The notes beneath the pieces are model-generated. The model ran no database searches and was not told where the DNA came from. It saw nothing but the letters and a program-made list of their open reading frames with translations. Below, one piece after another: positions 36,515 through 47,474 of a stretch of DNA of 56,539 nt. The translations under genes and the position numbers were made by a program. Each line of letters begins with the position of its first letter. Position 1 is the first letter of the stretch. Origin of the DNA: a virus (lineage: Duplodnaviria; Caudoviricetes); IMG/VR virus record IMGVR_UViG_3300030098_005086, positions 1 to 56,539 of that record. One strand, written 5' to 3'.

Positions 36515-36928
36515 TTACTTAAATACTTTTATCATCTCTTGAGTATATTGGTCTCCCGCTTTAAACCCAAGTCCTTGATATGTTTTTGTTAATCCTTTAT
36601 GCCGTAAAAGAGCATAAGCATATTTGTTTCCTGACTGACTACATATGTCAGATAAGGTGTTAATTAATAATTCTAAAGCCTCTTGTCTCTCGGGATTTTT
36701 ACGATAACTCTTATCAGAAATAATCCAATCCACCCAACCAACTTTAGAATTAGTGTTATAAATAAACCCCGCACACACAGGGGTTTCATTATCATACACC
36801 ATCAGTCCTCCTGTCCCATCTTGGGGTAAAAAATCCCGAGCGGGGGGTAGCCATTTCCAATCTTTCCACCATCCCACCAAGTGATTATCATAATCCTCGT
36901 GAGTTAAAGGTTTTATAGTAAATTTCAT
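36515..36928 (-). CDS. GNAT-fold protein of the virion module
   Basis: PVCAGFIY..GWVDWIISDKSYR...YQGLGF; TATCTTTG box at 36934-36941. Confidence 0.6.
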   Translation of the reverse strand: MKFTIKPLTHEDYDNHLVGWWKDWKWLPPARDFLPQDGTGGLMVYDNETPVCAGFIYNTNSKVGWVDWIISDKSYRKNPERQEALELLINTLSDICSQSGNKYAYALLRHKGLTKTYQGLGFKAGDQYTQEMIKVFK

Positions 36929-36947
36929 TACTACAAAGATAATAAAA

Positions 36948-37835
36948 TTATGGATAACTTTTCATGATGTCCGATTTTACAGCAAATAATTCTACAGGCC
37001 CTGTAGAAATGACTGCAAGGGTAACATCTAAATAGTGACCCATTATCCCGTGAGACTCGGCAGACGCATTCTGAACATAATAAGTAAATTGGTTATCTAC
37101 CGCGGTAGTTAGTGACGTGTGTACAGCTATATCGTTGTCAATAGTTACCACATTAGTAGCTCTATCGATGGCTGTAATCTGCCCAATAACTCCCGAGTCT
37201 TGATATAAAAAGTCACCTATACTTATACTAGGACTTACAGGATTATCAGCCGGAAACTCTATGGTACACACATTAGTACCTGCCCCATTTACACCAACGG
37301 GAGGAGGGCCAACTGCCGAAGGATTAACAGGTATCCCTATTCCCTTTATAGACCTTAAGCCATATTGTGCGCCGGGGATATTAGTGTTATCAGCGGTGTT
37401 CTCATTACGAATATAAGCATACCACGCTCCCTCTTTCATTTCAAACTCACTACCTGAAATAGAAGCAGTACCTTGGTTAACTATTGCAGTATCAGGAGCC
37501 GCATCAAATTGAGGGTCAGTAACATCAAAATTAGCCACGGGGCTTTCGGCAATCGCCGACACACTCCAAGCACTAGGAGAAGACTCAAGCTCTATTGTTT
37601 TAAATAATTTAGCTTCTAAAGGTGACTCGTTAAATACGGTTTTAATACTTGATGTTCCCTGAATATTATAAAAAAGTCCTCTCGCCGTAGAATTGGAATT
37701 ATGACGATATAAATTACCCCCCTTAAACGAATAAAAGTAATTATTTATTCCTACCATTTGCTCCGGGCCATAGCTAAAAAAAGATGGCCACCCTTTAGAG
37801 GTTTCACTATAAGATAAAGTATAAAAATTATTCAT
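36948..37835 (-). CDS. Tail stabilisation protein, C-terminal portion
   Basis: TLSYSE..GWPSFFSY, FYSFKGGNLYRHN, VFNESP..KLFKTIELE, KEGAWYAYI, ELFAV. Confidence 0.65.
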   Translation of the reverse strand: MNNFYTLSYSETSKGWPSFFSYGPEQMVGINNYFYSFKGGNLYRHNSNSTARGLFYNIQGTSSIKTVFNESPLEAKLFKTIELESSPSAWSVSAIAESPVANFDVTDPQFDAAPDTAIVNQGTASISGSEFEMKEGAWYAYIRNENTADNTNIPGAQYGLRSIKGIGIPVNPSAVGPPPVGVNGAGTNVCTIEFPADNPVSPSISIGDFLYQDSGVIGQITAIDRATNVVTIDNDIAVHTSLTTAVDNQFTYYVQNASAESHGIMGHYLDVTLAVISTGPVELFAVKSDIMKSYP

Positions 37836-37860
37836 AATATTTTTTTCTTAAATTAACACA

Positions 37861-40737
37861 CTAAAATATATCACACCCTCCCACAGGATAAGTTCCTGTT
37901 TGACAAATACTCCAACAGGTAACGATACCAAACTCATCTACTTCTATTATTCGGTTCCCTGTAGTGTCCGGAAGAACCGCCGCTGTATTATAATAATACC
38001 GTCCCGTCGGAAGCCTTGTCGCGCCATTACTATCACTAAACACCATATCATTAACCCGAGGCTCATTTGTCACCGAAGCTTGAGTAGAGCACGGCGTTCC
38101 CGCTACATTGGGGTTCCCCGGAATACATGGGCCTCCATCTCCGCCCCACGCATTAGCTGCCACATAACAGGTAGCTGTGGTTCCTGACCCCTGTCCCGCC
38201 GTACACATCGCTCCAATATCACCGTCAGTATCTGATAAAGGATGAGGCCCATACAGTGTGAAGGGAGCAGCAGGTAGAGCCGCCGGCGTGTCTACATATA
38301 TTTTAAAGCTCGTATTAGAAGTAATAGAATATATATCTAACTCTATAGCTTCGGTTGAAGCTAGAACTCCTGTTAATGGAATTACAGCCATAGACCACCC
38401 GGGGGTGCATACATACATATTGCTATCCGGTTTATATAATTGAACTTGAGGAGGCGTGATATAAAATCTGCGTTGGTCATTTAGATTGCTATAGGTTCCT
38501 GTGATTGGACTTAATGCTTTTAAACTATACATACATTCAGGACAGTTGGTGCTATCATTAGGATATCTTTCAGCTATTAGCCAATCCATCCCCAAATCAT
38601 ACCAATCGCTCTCATTTGGATAAAGAGCACAGTAAGTGGTGAGGCCAAACATGGCTTCTGCTATATCATTATTGCCATATAAAGAATCAGGTATTATATC
38701 CGTCCATATCGGTCCCTCGTGGTTGCCATTAGCAGGCAACGGAATAACAGTCTCCACATTAACATAATCTTCCGGTCCTCCGGAAGCAGGAGAAAATCCT
38801 GCCGAACAATCAATGGTGCTAACTCCGTTATCATTATGGGTGCACGGAATCGCGCTTCCACTAAACCCTGCTAGGCCTATATACACAGGATTGTCTGTTA
38901 CTAGAGCTACGTCAGTCTCATTGCCCTGACAATTTATATAACATGGATATGGACTGTTGGGAGTGTCACACTCCCAAAGGTTATTATTCTCATATATTAC
39001 TAGTTGGGCTGCAATCTGAGAGGGCCATTCCTCTCCATTCACCTCCGAAGCTGCAGTTAAAGGCACATAGGCCGCTGTGCCGTCAGCATTTTTTCCACCC
39101 ATTTTTAAAGCGTTACCACCCCAAATGCAACCGCTTGCCCAATAAATATACGCCCCAAGGTTATTGATTATAGCGGGGTCAAGATATTGATTATACGCAT
39201 CTTCTTCTAGCATATTATCCGCATTGGCTCCTCTCACACTAAATAAGTTAGTTTTTCCTGCTATCGTTCCATCATTATTATAATGGGTAACTATCAACCC
39301 TTTGGGGTTGTTCCCTGTAAATACCCGCACAATCACGGCCCCTGTAGACAAAACAGGAAGAGTATAGGCACTTCTATACAAACCTCCCCCTATTCCCGTG
39401 TCTTCCATCTCATAAACAGTATCAAATGCGGCATTTCCCCCAACACAAGATATAGACGTTTGACTAACAATACTATCTTCGTCTACAAAAAAAGCTTTAG
39501 GGTCTCCATTTTCCATATATTTATAGAATTTGTTTTTTTGTGCCGGCGCTAATGGTTCTCCGTTTTCTCCTGAACACATAATATCTCCTAAATTAGGAAC
39601 TCCAAATTGAAAAATAACATTAGGAGCTGCTTGACCATACCCGGAGCATCCGGGAACATTGTAAATAACTTCGTTTAATGTGCTGAGCCCACAAATCTCT
39701 CCTAAAGAGTCTCCGGGAGGACTCACGCTAATAGGGTCTAGTTTCACAGGACACATAACAGCGACTGTTGCTCCATTTTCACACTGAGGATTAAAAAGCT
39801 TAAGCAGAGAGCGGTCTTCAAACTGATTTGTTTTAGGTATAACACAAGTAAGCCAACCTCGATAACCTTGCCCTGTAGTAGCGTCAGTAGAGGGGCCTAT
39901 TTGAACCTGCTCCGTAGAAGCAGTGAAACTTTCCGTAGAGGGTTTATTAGGAAAATAATTACCTCCTCCTAATTGAAATTCGTTTGCAGGCCAATGATAC
40001 CAATAACTAGGGTAATTAGTTCGGGTTAGTGAGAGTGCGACGATTCCTGCGGTATAGGGAGTATTATTAGGCAAATACACTCCCGGCTGACAGCTTGCAG
40101 TAAAAGGGTCAGCAGTGCTCATGGGGCTTACGCCGAATGTATTTTTTCTTCCCACATATACAGCTTTAGTATCATCAGTTAGCGCTGTGTCATTAATACG
40201 TTTAGTTGAACCCACTGTTCCTGCAGGTCCGTTTTGAACAGGCACATTCCCACCAACATCTCCGGGGGAGACTACGTTTGTTCCGCTTGAAGAAAAATTA
40301 TTGCTTGTGAAAGTGGTAATACCCGCTTGCTGCATGTACGCTATCATCCCCCAAGGAGAACTGTAGTCCGAACTTGGGTTGGTGGTAGCATTTTTTAGAT
40401 ATACTCTCCATATAATTGCTCCCTCCCCTCCTGCTTCGCTGCCGGCACTAAAAGGGATATTATAGGTTCCCGCCTGCGCTTCATAAATAGTAGCACTAGG
40501 AGTGGCAGGAGTAACATCCTGTGTACGTGGAAAAGATTGGTCTTCGGCATCACAAGGACTAAAACAATTAGGACAATCTTCAGGGTCTTGTAAGACTCCT
40601 AATAACTGATATCGCGTGGTCAATCCATCGCTATACCATCCATCCGCAGCCAATACGGTAAGGTTAGCATCCTCAAACACTGCTGTTGATAATGCTAAAT
40701 TTGTTCCATCCATGTATTTTTGTAATATCTCTGCCAT
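37861..40737 (-). CDS. Cys/Pro/Gly-rich structural (fibre/adhesin-like) protein with internal duplication
   Basis: Beta-rich composition; two copies of GA(I/V)I.RV, QVQ, GW...VIP, VDE..IV. Confidence 0.6.
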   Translation of the reverse strand: MAEILQKYMDGTNLALSTAVFEDANLTVLAADGWYSDGLTTRYQLLGVLQDPEDCPNCFSPCDAEDQSFPRTQDVTPATPSATIYEAQAGTYNIPFSAGSEAGGEGAIIWRVYLKNATTNPSSDYSSPWGMIAYMQQAGITTFTSNNFSSSGTNVVSPGDVGGNVPVQNGPAGTVGSTKRINDTALTDDTKAVYVGRKNTFGVSPMSTADPFTASCQPGVYLPNNTPYTAGIVALSLTRTNYPSYWYHWPANEFQLGGGNYFPNKPSTESFTASTEQVQIGPSTDATTGQGYRGWLTCVIPKTNQFEDRSLLKLFNPQCENGATVAVMCPVKLDPISVSPPGDSLGEICGLSTLNEVIYNVPGCSGYGQAAPNVIFQFGVPNLGDIMCSGENGEPLAPAQKNKFYKYMENGDPKAFFVDEDSIVSQTSISCVGGNAAFDTVYEMEDTGIGGGLYRSAYTLPVLSTGAVIVRVFTGNNPKGLIVTHYNNDGTIAGKTNLFSVRGANADNMLEEDAYNQYLDPAIINNLGAYIYWASGCIWGGNALKMGGKNADGTAAYVPLTAASEVNGEEWPSQIAAQLVIYENNNLWECDTPNSPYPCYINCQGNETDVALVTDNPVYIGLAGFSGSAIPCTHNDNGVSTIDCSAGFSPASGGPEDYVNVETVIPLPANGNHEGPIWTDIIPDSLYGNNDIAEAMFGLTTYCALYPNESDWYDLGMDWLIAERYPNDSTNCPECMYSLKALSPITGTYSNLNDQRRFYITPPQVQLYKPDSNMYVCTPGWSMAVIPLTGVLASTEAIELDIYSITSNTSFKIYVDTPAALPAAPFTLYGPHPLSDTDGDIGAMCTAGQGSGTTATCYVAANAWGGDGGPCIPGNPNVAGTPCSTQASVTNEPRVNDMVFSDSNGATRLPTGRYYYNTAAVLPDTTGNRIIEVDEFGIVTCWSICQTGTYPVGGCDIF

Positions 40738-40764
40738 ATTTTATTTTTTTTCTTTCATTATATA

Positions 40765-43700
40765 TTAAGGGCATGTACATGCTCCCGGATAACATCCTTG
40801 AATGGTTACAGTCGGGAAAGGCCAATAAGACCCATCGGGCTGTGTGGGCAATAAGTCTGTGTTAATAAATACAGGAACGCTTTGAGAACACACATAAATT
40901 ATAGTGGGCTCTGCGTCCTCTGCCGGTGCTAGTATTTCCATTGTTTGAACTACTCCTAATGTATCTGTGTATTCAAAGGTCCATTGACTCGGAGCGGGAT
41001 ACCAATTGTCACTGCTAATTGTACCGTCCCCGTTAGGGTCAATCCAATAGGTTCCTCCTTGAAAAACGGCAGTTATTTGGTAACACGTGTTTACTGTTCC
41101 TACCGGACATGCACATACACAACACACGTCCTCTAATCCCCCGCCGCCGAACTGAGGTAAAGTATTGTGACATAACGGGTCTTGTGTGGGCAGCGTGAGG
41201 TCATATATAATATATAAATAAGGGTCTGTAGCCGGAGCAACCGGAGTAGGTACAGTAAATGAACCACGATATTGGTCTGCGCCTGCCACTGCAGGAATCC
41301 ACGCACTAGTGGAGGAATCCCAACTTTCTAAGGTCATAATATTCCCTGCTGTAATCGCATCGTTTCTAAGCGCTCGTGCGCCCGTTATATCCTTAGCGTA
41401 AGGAGTTGCGCTTCTAATCCATAAGAACCTACATTTAGCCGGGTCAAAAGCGTTACACGCAAAATCATTAGCGGCACAAGCACCCCAATTAGTTAATTTT
41501 AGCGTCATTGTTGAGCCGTTAGGAGGACCGACCGTGTTCTGAATTTGATTAAGGTATCCTGAGTTATCCCACTCCATACATAAAGGGAACACGCCGTCTG
41601 TTAAGATGCTTTCATCAAGATTAGTATTATTTACCGTTATGTAATCGTCATATAGCTGTCCCGAAATTGTATCTCCCGAAGGGAGGTCTTTGCTCCACTG
41701 AAAGGTTCTAAAGATTGATATGTCTCCGAGAGTGGTGGACGTGGTAGAGCTTAAGGGGTCTCCTCCTAAGCTTCTAAATATCACCGGAATAGTACTTAAA
41801 TACTGTATAAGGGGACATCCTACCTCCCATCCTAATGTTCCTGCTCCGGTTGGAGTGATAGTAACAATAGCCACATCTAAGCTGCCGCCACTTAAATCTT
41901 TGGTGAAAGTTAATGTTAAAGTTCCCCCCGCGTTGACCGTGCCACTAGCCGCAACCGCGTTATTCCACTGAACAGAAATATCAAAATCAGCTCCCGTGGC
42001 ATTAAACTCCCATGTTACAAGACCTTGATTAAAACTTAAAATAATAGTTTGAATTATAGGAGTGGTGTCGGGGGCTGTAAAACTTAATTGTTCTCCACAA
42101 GGAGATACATCAAAATCAGACTCTTGAACAAAATCTCCTACAGACAATTCATCACAAGGGTCAAGACTTAAAATATTAATAGGATTGTCGTTTATAGACA
42201 CCACATACTCATTCATATAAGGGTCCCATCCTCCTATTTTTTGGGTATGTACACCAATAGTACTAGGGTCGGACGCTGTAGCATTAACCTCTCCCGAGCC
42301 ATTAAAAACGTCTCTTACCCAACTACGCATTCCATATTCGGAGATTACGTCTAATTGTTCACTTTTAGAAGAAGAGCCCCTAAGCCTAAGAATAGCTCCT
42401 CGTTTTTGGTCAGTGAAATACTTATCATATCCATACTCACAATAGCTTTCGGGGTTTTTGCTAATTCCATAATCTTCAGTTCGGGCAATTTGTGTTCCTA
42501 AAACTTGAGGAATAGAAGCAATATCTCCCCCTCCTTCCGAGTCACTTAATAAGTTTTTACCTGCTAACACATAAGATATTTTATCTTCCTGTAAAACCAA
42601 CACATCGGTCTCTCTTCCACTTAAAATTTGTATATGACCAAAAGAGTCTTCTAAAGTTTTAAAATTTAATAAACCTAAATTAAACTCATTAAGTCTGTTT
42701 ACATTGCTCTCATCATTATACACGCCACTATAAGTCATGTCTGCAAACCTTCGTTTCATTCCATAGTCGGCAGATGTAGAGGTAACACGATTTCCTAGTT
42801 TAAAAGATTTACCTGTAAGGGAATCTCTAACTTTATAACTTTCCACTCCGTTTCCAAAAGAGTAACAGTTGTAAAATCCTAGGTGAATAATAGCAGATTG
42901 AACTCCTACATCTCCCGGAATACCCGGAACTTGGTTTTGGTCGCCGGTAACAATACCCGAGTTATGACCCCCCGTCGCTTGGTCAATGGTATATGTATTA
43001 GTATCTTCATACCAAACATTAGGTAAGGCATCTTGAGGTTCGCTTTCAAAAACAATAGTTTTTTGAGTAAAAGAAATATCAATAGTAGCACTTACGAGAC
43101 TTGTGGTTTGATAACTACCACCTCCATCAGGCCCCCTAACCACAAGAATAACCTCATTATTATTCATTCTCGCCCACCTAACACTAGCTTTACATGGGAG
43201 GCAGGTAGAACCACCAAACGCAGCAGTAGCCAATCCTGTAGTGGTCGAACCCGCTGCAAAATAGGTGCTGTTTACATACTCCACAGTAAATCCATCCGCA
43301 CATAAGCTTCCTACTAAAGCTCCCTGACTTAAATTATTTCCTATATTTTGAGCATTCCAAAAGTCAATTATATTATCATAATCCGTATCCGCCTCAAAAG
43401 TTTGGTCATAAGTATATATTCTTCTGTCATCTTGATAAGTCGTAGCTCCCGCCACCGACAGAGGTCCTTTCCTTTCAAACCTAAATTTTACCCTTACTAC
43501 CGTTTCGGCAGGAATCTCTAGGTCAGAAAAAGTATATTCACTATTGGCGTTATCCCAAGTTGGGGCACCATATATTCCTCGATAATAAAGCGTAGGACAC
43601 GAGGTGTATCCCGAAGTGGTGGTGCTGCGCGCCATTTGAGTTATAGGCCTAATGGGGAAGGGAGGATTATTGCCTCCAATGGGTGGTATAGCAGGATATT

Positions 43701-46545
43701 TTAACTCGGGGTTACCCGAACCTGCCGCCGCCTCAGGAATACTAAAGCTTATATTTTTTAATTGCATATACACTCCTTGAGGAATAGCCAACCATTTAGG
43801 GTTGTCCCCTACTCCAGGTTTTTCCACGTCGTCGGTTTGATTATTGCCCGAATATGTCGGATTTATGGATTTAATAAAATTTTTCGGCTTACTTCCTTTA
43901 AATAAAACTTCGGCATAATCACAGTTAGACACAGGTCCACTTATATCTTTTTTACACAGCAGGCGGTCTCCTACTTCTACTTTAGTAGCGTTTTGTCCAT
44001 CAAGTAAAAACCAATAAGACCCATCTACCGAGCTAAGAAAAACTTTAGAGGAGTATATAGTTTCATAATTTTCTTCGTCGGGCTTAATAACAAAACGATA
44101 ATGGGTGGCCCATTTGGGAGCTAATTGAGTAGGGGGGATAACTACCTTAGCTTTACTTACCACGGAAGAATCGCTACACAAGGTGCTCACCGAATTTCTT
44201 TTGCTTGTAAAAGCAGTAGTAGACCTTCCAAACTCATCTAAATATATTATACCTAATTCATATCCTCGATTACTATGTAAGCTTTTTCCTGACCCCGGTC
44301 TATCTATTACCGCTGTAGCATCTTCAAACGATGGCCAGACAACGGCACAAGGGTCAAAGGCACCCCCTAAGTTTTGGTCTTGGTTATAAATAACCGGAAT
44401 AACCTTCATGCTCATTTGCTGTGTTCCTGTCCACTGAATATACTCCACCAACCCCTTACTGTCATTAGAGGTTACCTCATTTACAGTGGTGGGACAAGGT
44501 AGTGAGTCGGCAGCTATAGCTCGGAATAAATATTGATAAGTAGCTTGGCTATAATCAGCTACTAGAACAGGCGCAGTCATGCAGTTAAGTCTATCTGTTA
44601 ATGTTGAGCCGGTAGCACAACCACTCGTTCCCGTAATAGGTTTTTTAATATTACCCGTTAAAGGGTCTCCATATCCTAATGCCTTTTTAAAAGCTTGGTC
44701 GGGGTCATTAAACATGGCAAGAGCATTACTATAATTTTTGTCAATAGTAAAATTAAAATCTATCCACCCACCATTTAACGCAATATCTGTTAATCCACCT
44801 GCTCCTATTGTCCCCGTGGTATCATACCAACACTGACCCCCTGTTTGCCAATTATTTTGACAATTATATCTAAATCGTAACCTTAGGATTGAACCCGCCT
44901 GTAACGGAATACCTGCAAAGTTAAGAGTCATTCTATATGCGTTCACGGCATAACTCGTTCCGGCTCCTCCTGAGCCTCCCTGTTGACATGGGGCGTTAGA
45001 ACCAAACTTATAGGTAGCCATGTTCGTGTTCTGATAGGTAATTGGAATTTTAAAAACATCTGGGCTTTCTTTATCGAGAGAAGCCACCCATTCTTGTTGC
45101 ACAGGCCAACCCATCATATTAATCATATCATAACCATCCACATAATTTCCATACATTAATCTGTTCCCCATTAAGGTTTGAGCCTTAGCAATTCTTGGAA
45201 CATTATCATAAAGTCGTAAAATTTCATCCGAAGGAAGGACTGTATATATTTTGCTATTATCAAAGAACACTGTGTAAGTTTGGTTATTTTGTAGCGCTCC
45301 TCCACCATTAGCATTATCTTTGTCAATTTTTTCAACTATCTTAATCACATTTGAATCAGCCTCTTTAAACACTATATCTACACCTATAACTGCCTCCGGC
45401 CCACTATCATAACTAATGCTTACAGAATTAAATCGATTAGTCATTCCCTCATTTAAGAGAGAGTCGGGAGAAAGAAAAAACATATCTGCTCCAAAGGCGG
45501 GCTGTGTAAAAGGGGAAAGGGCCGAATATTCTTTGTCACTATATTTATATCTATAAGCAAAACACAACATTCGATTTTCCAAATAGTTTTGCTCCTCGGC
45601 AGTAACACTGCTTTGCATATTAAAGGACAGGCCTGGAGGAAATAATGGAGGGGCTTTAATAACTAAAATGTCTTTAGCTAAAGAGGGGTCATCCACTCCT
45701 AGAGAGCAAGTGGTAGAAGGGGGTGTCGGTGTACCTACCGCCGGATAAGGATAACTTTTAGTTACATTAATTTTTCTAGGAGGATTGTAGTTGTCCGTCC
45801 AAAAAAGCATATCATCAATAAGATTAACCCCCGTTATAAGACGACGAGGATTAAAATTTAAAGTAGTAGTCCATTGAGTATCACAAACTACGCCGTCCCA
45901 CATACTTACAATAATAGGGTCTGTAGTTCCTGATACGGTATTAAAGGAAACCACCATATCACATCGTTGAAGATTTTGAGTAATAGTATAGGCCACACCG
46001 GCCCCAATACCACCTACTGTTAAATCTCCCGACAATATTAAGGTGCTGTTGCTCACTACTTCAGTGACATATACGTAATCAGCATTGGTGCACGTACCAC
46101 ATTTTACAATATCCCCTACACTTACTGATGTGGTAAAAGATTGAGTAGTATCTATAAGTTTTAATACCTCAGGGCCCCCGGTGGTACTACTTGTTACCAA
46201 AACACTTCCTGGCGCTGTAGCCCCACCACTGTCGGTAGGGTATATACCCATCCATGTGGGGTCATGAACAAACCAATAAATAGTTTCATTAGCGGGGTCT
46301 GCATAACTACCAAGACACACAGCATTAGGACTCAGCTCCGCACTACAAGCAAATCCTGCAATAGGGAAAGCCACATTAGTTAATTGAACATTCCCTTTAG
46401 CGTTTTCAACCGAACCTATCTCTGAATCTTCTGTAGACCCCAAACGAACATTCATAGCATCAGCATACTCGCCATTTGGAAGTAGTCTTTCATCTACAGA
46501 TTTATTCATTATACCTGCAGCAAAATTTCTTTGATGTTTTGCCAT
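40765..46545 (-). CDS. Tail stabilisation (muzzle-like) protein, N-terminal/main portion
   Basis: MNKSVDERLLPNGEY.DAMN, LFWTDNYNPPRKIN, FAYRYKY, NRLMYGNY, FGNGVES, YGISKNPES, YFTD..RG, GGWDPY. Confidence 0.8.
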   Translation of the reverse strand: MAKHQRNFAAGIMNKSVDERLLPNGEYADAMNVRLGSTEDSEIGSVENAKGNVQLTNVAFPIAGFACSAELSPNAVCLGSYADPANETIYWFVHDPTWMGIYPTDSGGATAPGSVLVTSSTTGGPEVLKLIDTTQSFTTSVSVGDIVKCGTCTNADYVYVTEVVSNSTLILSGDLTVGGIGAGVAYTITQNLQRCDMVVSFNTVSGTTDPIIVSMWDGVVCDTQWTTTLNFNPRRLITGVNLIDDMLFWTDNYNPPRKINVTKSYPYPAVGTPTPPSTTCSLGVDDPSLAKDILVIKAPPLFPPGLSFNMQSSVTAEEQNYLENRMLCFAYRYKYSDKEYSALSPFTQPAFGADMFFLSPDSLLNEGMTNRFNSVSISYDSGPEAVIGVDIVFKEADSNVIKIVEKIDKDNANGGGALQNNQTYTVFFDNSKIYTVLPSDEILRLYDNVPRIAKAQTLMGNRLMYGNYVDGYDMINMMGWPVQQEWVASLDKESPDVFKIPITYQNTNMATYKFGSNAPCQQGGSGGAGTSYAVNAYRMTLNFAGIPLQAGSILRLRFRYNCQNNWQTGGQCWYDTTGTIGAGGLTDIALNGGWIDFNFTIDKNYSNALAMFNDPDQAFKKALGYGDPLTGNIKKPITGTSGCATGSTLTDRLNCMTAPVLVADYSQATYQYLFRAIAADSLPCPTTVNEVTSNDSKGLVEYIQWTGTQQMSMKVIPVIYNQDQNLGGAFDPCAVVWPSFEDATAVIDRPGSGKSLHSNRGYELGIIYLDEFGRSTTAFTSKRNSVSTLCSDSSVVSKAKVVIPPTQLAPKWATHYRFVIKPDEENYETIYSSKVFLSSVDGSYWFLLDGQNATKVEVGDRLLCKKDISGPVSNCDYAEVLFKGSKPKNFIKSINPTYSGNNQTDDVEKPGVGDNPKWLAIPQGVYMQLKNISFSIPEAAAGSGNPELKYPAIPPIGGNNPPFPIRPITQMARSTTTSGYTSCPTLYYRGIYGAPTWDNANSEYTFSDLEIPAETVVRVKFRFERKGPLSVAGATTYQDDRRIYTYDQTFEADTDYDNIIDFWNAQNIGNNLSQGALVGSLCADGFTVEYVNSTYFAAGSTTTGLATAAFGGSTCLPCKASVRWARMNNNEVILVVRGPDGGGSYQTTSLVSATIDISFTQKTIVFESEPQDALPNVWYEDTNTYTIDQATGGHNSGIVTGDQNQVPGIPGDVGVQSAIIHLGFYNCYSFGNGVESYKVRDSLTGKSFKLGNRVTSTSADYGMKRRFADMTYSGVYNDESNVNRLNEFNLGLLNFKTLEDSFGHIQILSGRETDVLVLQEDKISYVLAGKNLLSDSEGGGDIASIPQVLGTQIARTEDYGISKNPESYCEYGYDKYFTDQKRGAILRLRGSSSKSEQLDVISEYGMRSWVRDVFNGSGEVNATASDPSTIGVHTQKIGGWDPYMNEYVVSINDNPINILSLDPCDELSVGDFVQESDFDVSPCGEQLSFTAPDTTPIIQTIILSFNQGLVTWEFNATGADFDISVQWNNAVAASGTVNAGGTLTLTFTKDLSGGSLDVAIVTITPTGAGTLGWEVGCPLIQYLSTIPVIFRSLGGDPLSSTTSTTLGDISIFRTFQWSKDLPSGDTISGQLYDDYITVNNTNLDESILTDGVFPLCMEWDNSGYLNQIQNTVGPPNGSTMTLKLTNWGACAANDFACNAFDPAKCRFLWIRSATPYAKDITGARALRNDAITAGNIMTLESWDSSTSAWIPAVAGADQYRGSFTVPTPVAPATDPYLYIIYDLTLPTQDPLCHNTLPQFGGGGLEDVCCVCACPVGTVNTCYQITAVFQGGTYWIDPNGDGTISSDNWYPAPSQWTFEYTDTLGVVQTMEILAPAEDAEPTIIYVCSQSVPVFINTDLLPTQPDGSYWPFPTVTIQGCYPGACTCP

Positions 46546-46547
46546 TG

Positions 46548-47474
46548 CTATTTAATCCATTTATCCCTTCCTCTTAAATTCATAAGAAGTCTTCCTGGGT
46601 GTATATTACTAATTCTAAGTTTAGCATTTCTTAATAATGCCGCCTTTTCTCTTTTTGTTCTATTTATAATGTATTCTTGGGCTCCGTGTTTAGAAGCTAG
46701 AATCGCATATTTAATATAAGCATACACATATTCTTCAAATAATTTATTAACAGAAACCTGAGCGTCGTTGCCGTTTTCCATTCCGTCCGACACATACTCT
46801 AACACACACGATTCATTCGACATATTAGAATCAAAATTAATAACCCCTCCTTTTTTGTCAATAGTGAAGGTTGGATTTGCATTAGCTGTTTCCGTATTTA
46901 ATCCATATCGTGCACCAATAATATAATCAAAATACCATGCTCCTTGGTAATAATACCCCTCATACCCATCAAACAACGGATTATTTTTATTTAAATAAAT
47001 ACTTTTTTTACTGCCTGTAATTCTATCGTGGTCTAAACCTGAGAATTGAGGTTGCAATGCCGCACCCCATTCGTCAAATAAAATATTATCATTATTATCT
47101 TGCAAGTAGGCTGCAGCACTTCCTACCTGAATATTTTCTGTTAAAGGTCTTAAAACTCCCTCTTTATACAAAGATATACGCACCCAATTCACATAATCAG
47201 AAGGTAATATAAAACGAAGTTCAGTGCCTACCGTAAGTTGTAAAACTTTTATTTCTTTAAAGGCATCATAGTTCAATTCTTGAATAGCTCGCTTTGCGTG
47301 AAACAAAACCTTGTACCTTTCTTCATTATTAATAATAGCGTGATTACCATTATACATAAGCATAAAGTTGTTTACTATATCCCGCAATGACACGTATTGA
47401 TAAGACCCCCAATTTTCATCTGTAGGGTTGTTGCCATTATTTTCATAATATGTATATTGTGATATATAGGCCAT
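46548..47474 (-). CDS. Tail ring/adaptor protein
   Basis: FHAKRAIQELNYD, LPSDYVN, LEYVSDG, AKLRISN; gene position. Confidence 0.65.
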   Translation of the reverse strand: MAYISQYTYYENNGNNPTDENWGSYQYVSLRDIVNNFMLMYNGNHAIINNEERYKVLFHAKRAIQELNYDAFKEIKVLQLTVGTELRFILPSDYVNWVRISLYKEGVLRPLTENIQVGSAAAYLQDNNDNILFDEWGAALQPQFSGLDHDRITGSKKSIYLNKNNPLFDGYEGYYYQGAWYFDYIIGARYGLNTETANANPTFTIDKKGGVINFDSNMSNESCVLEYVSDGMENGNDAQVSVNKLFEEYVYAYIKYAILASKHGAQEYIINRTKREKAALLRNAKLRISNIHPGRLLMNLRGRDKWIK

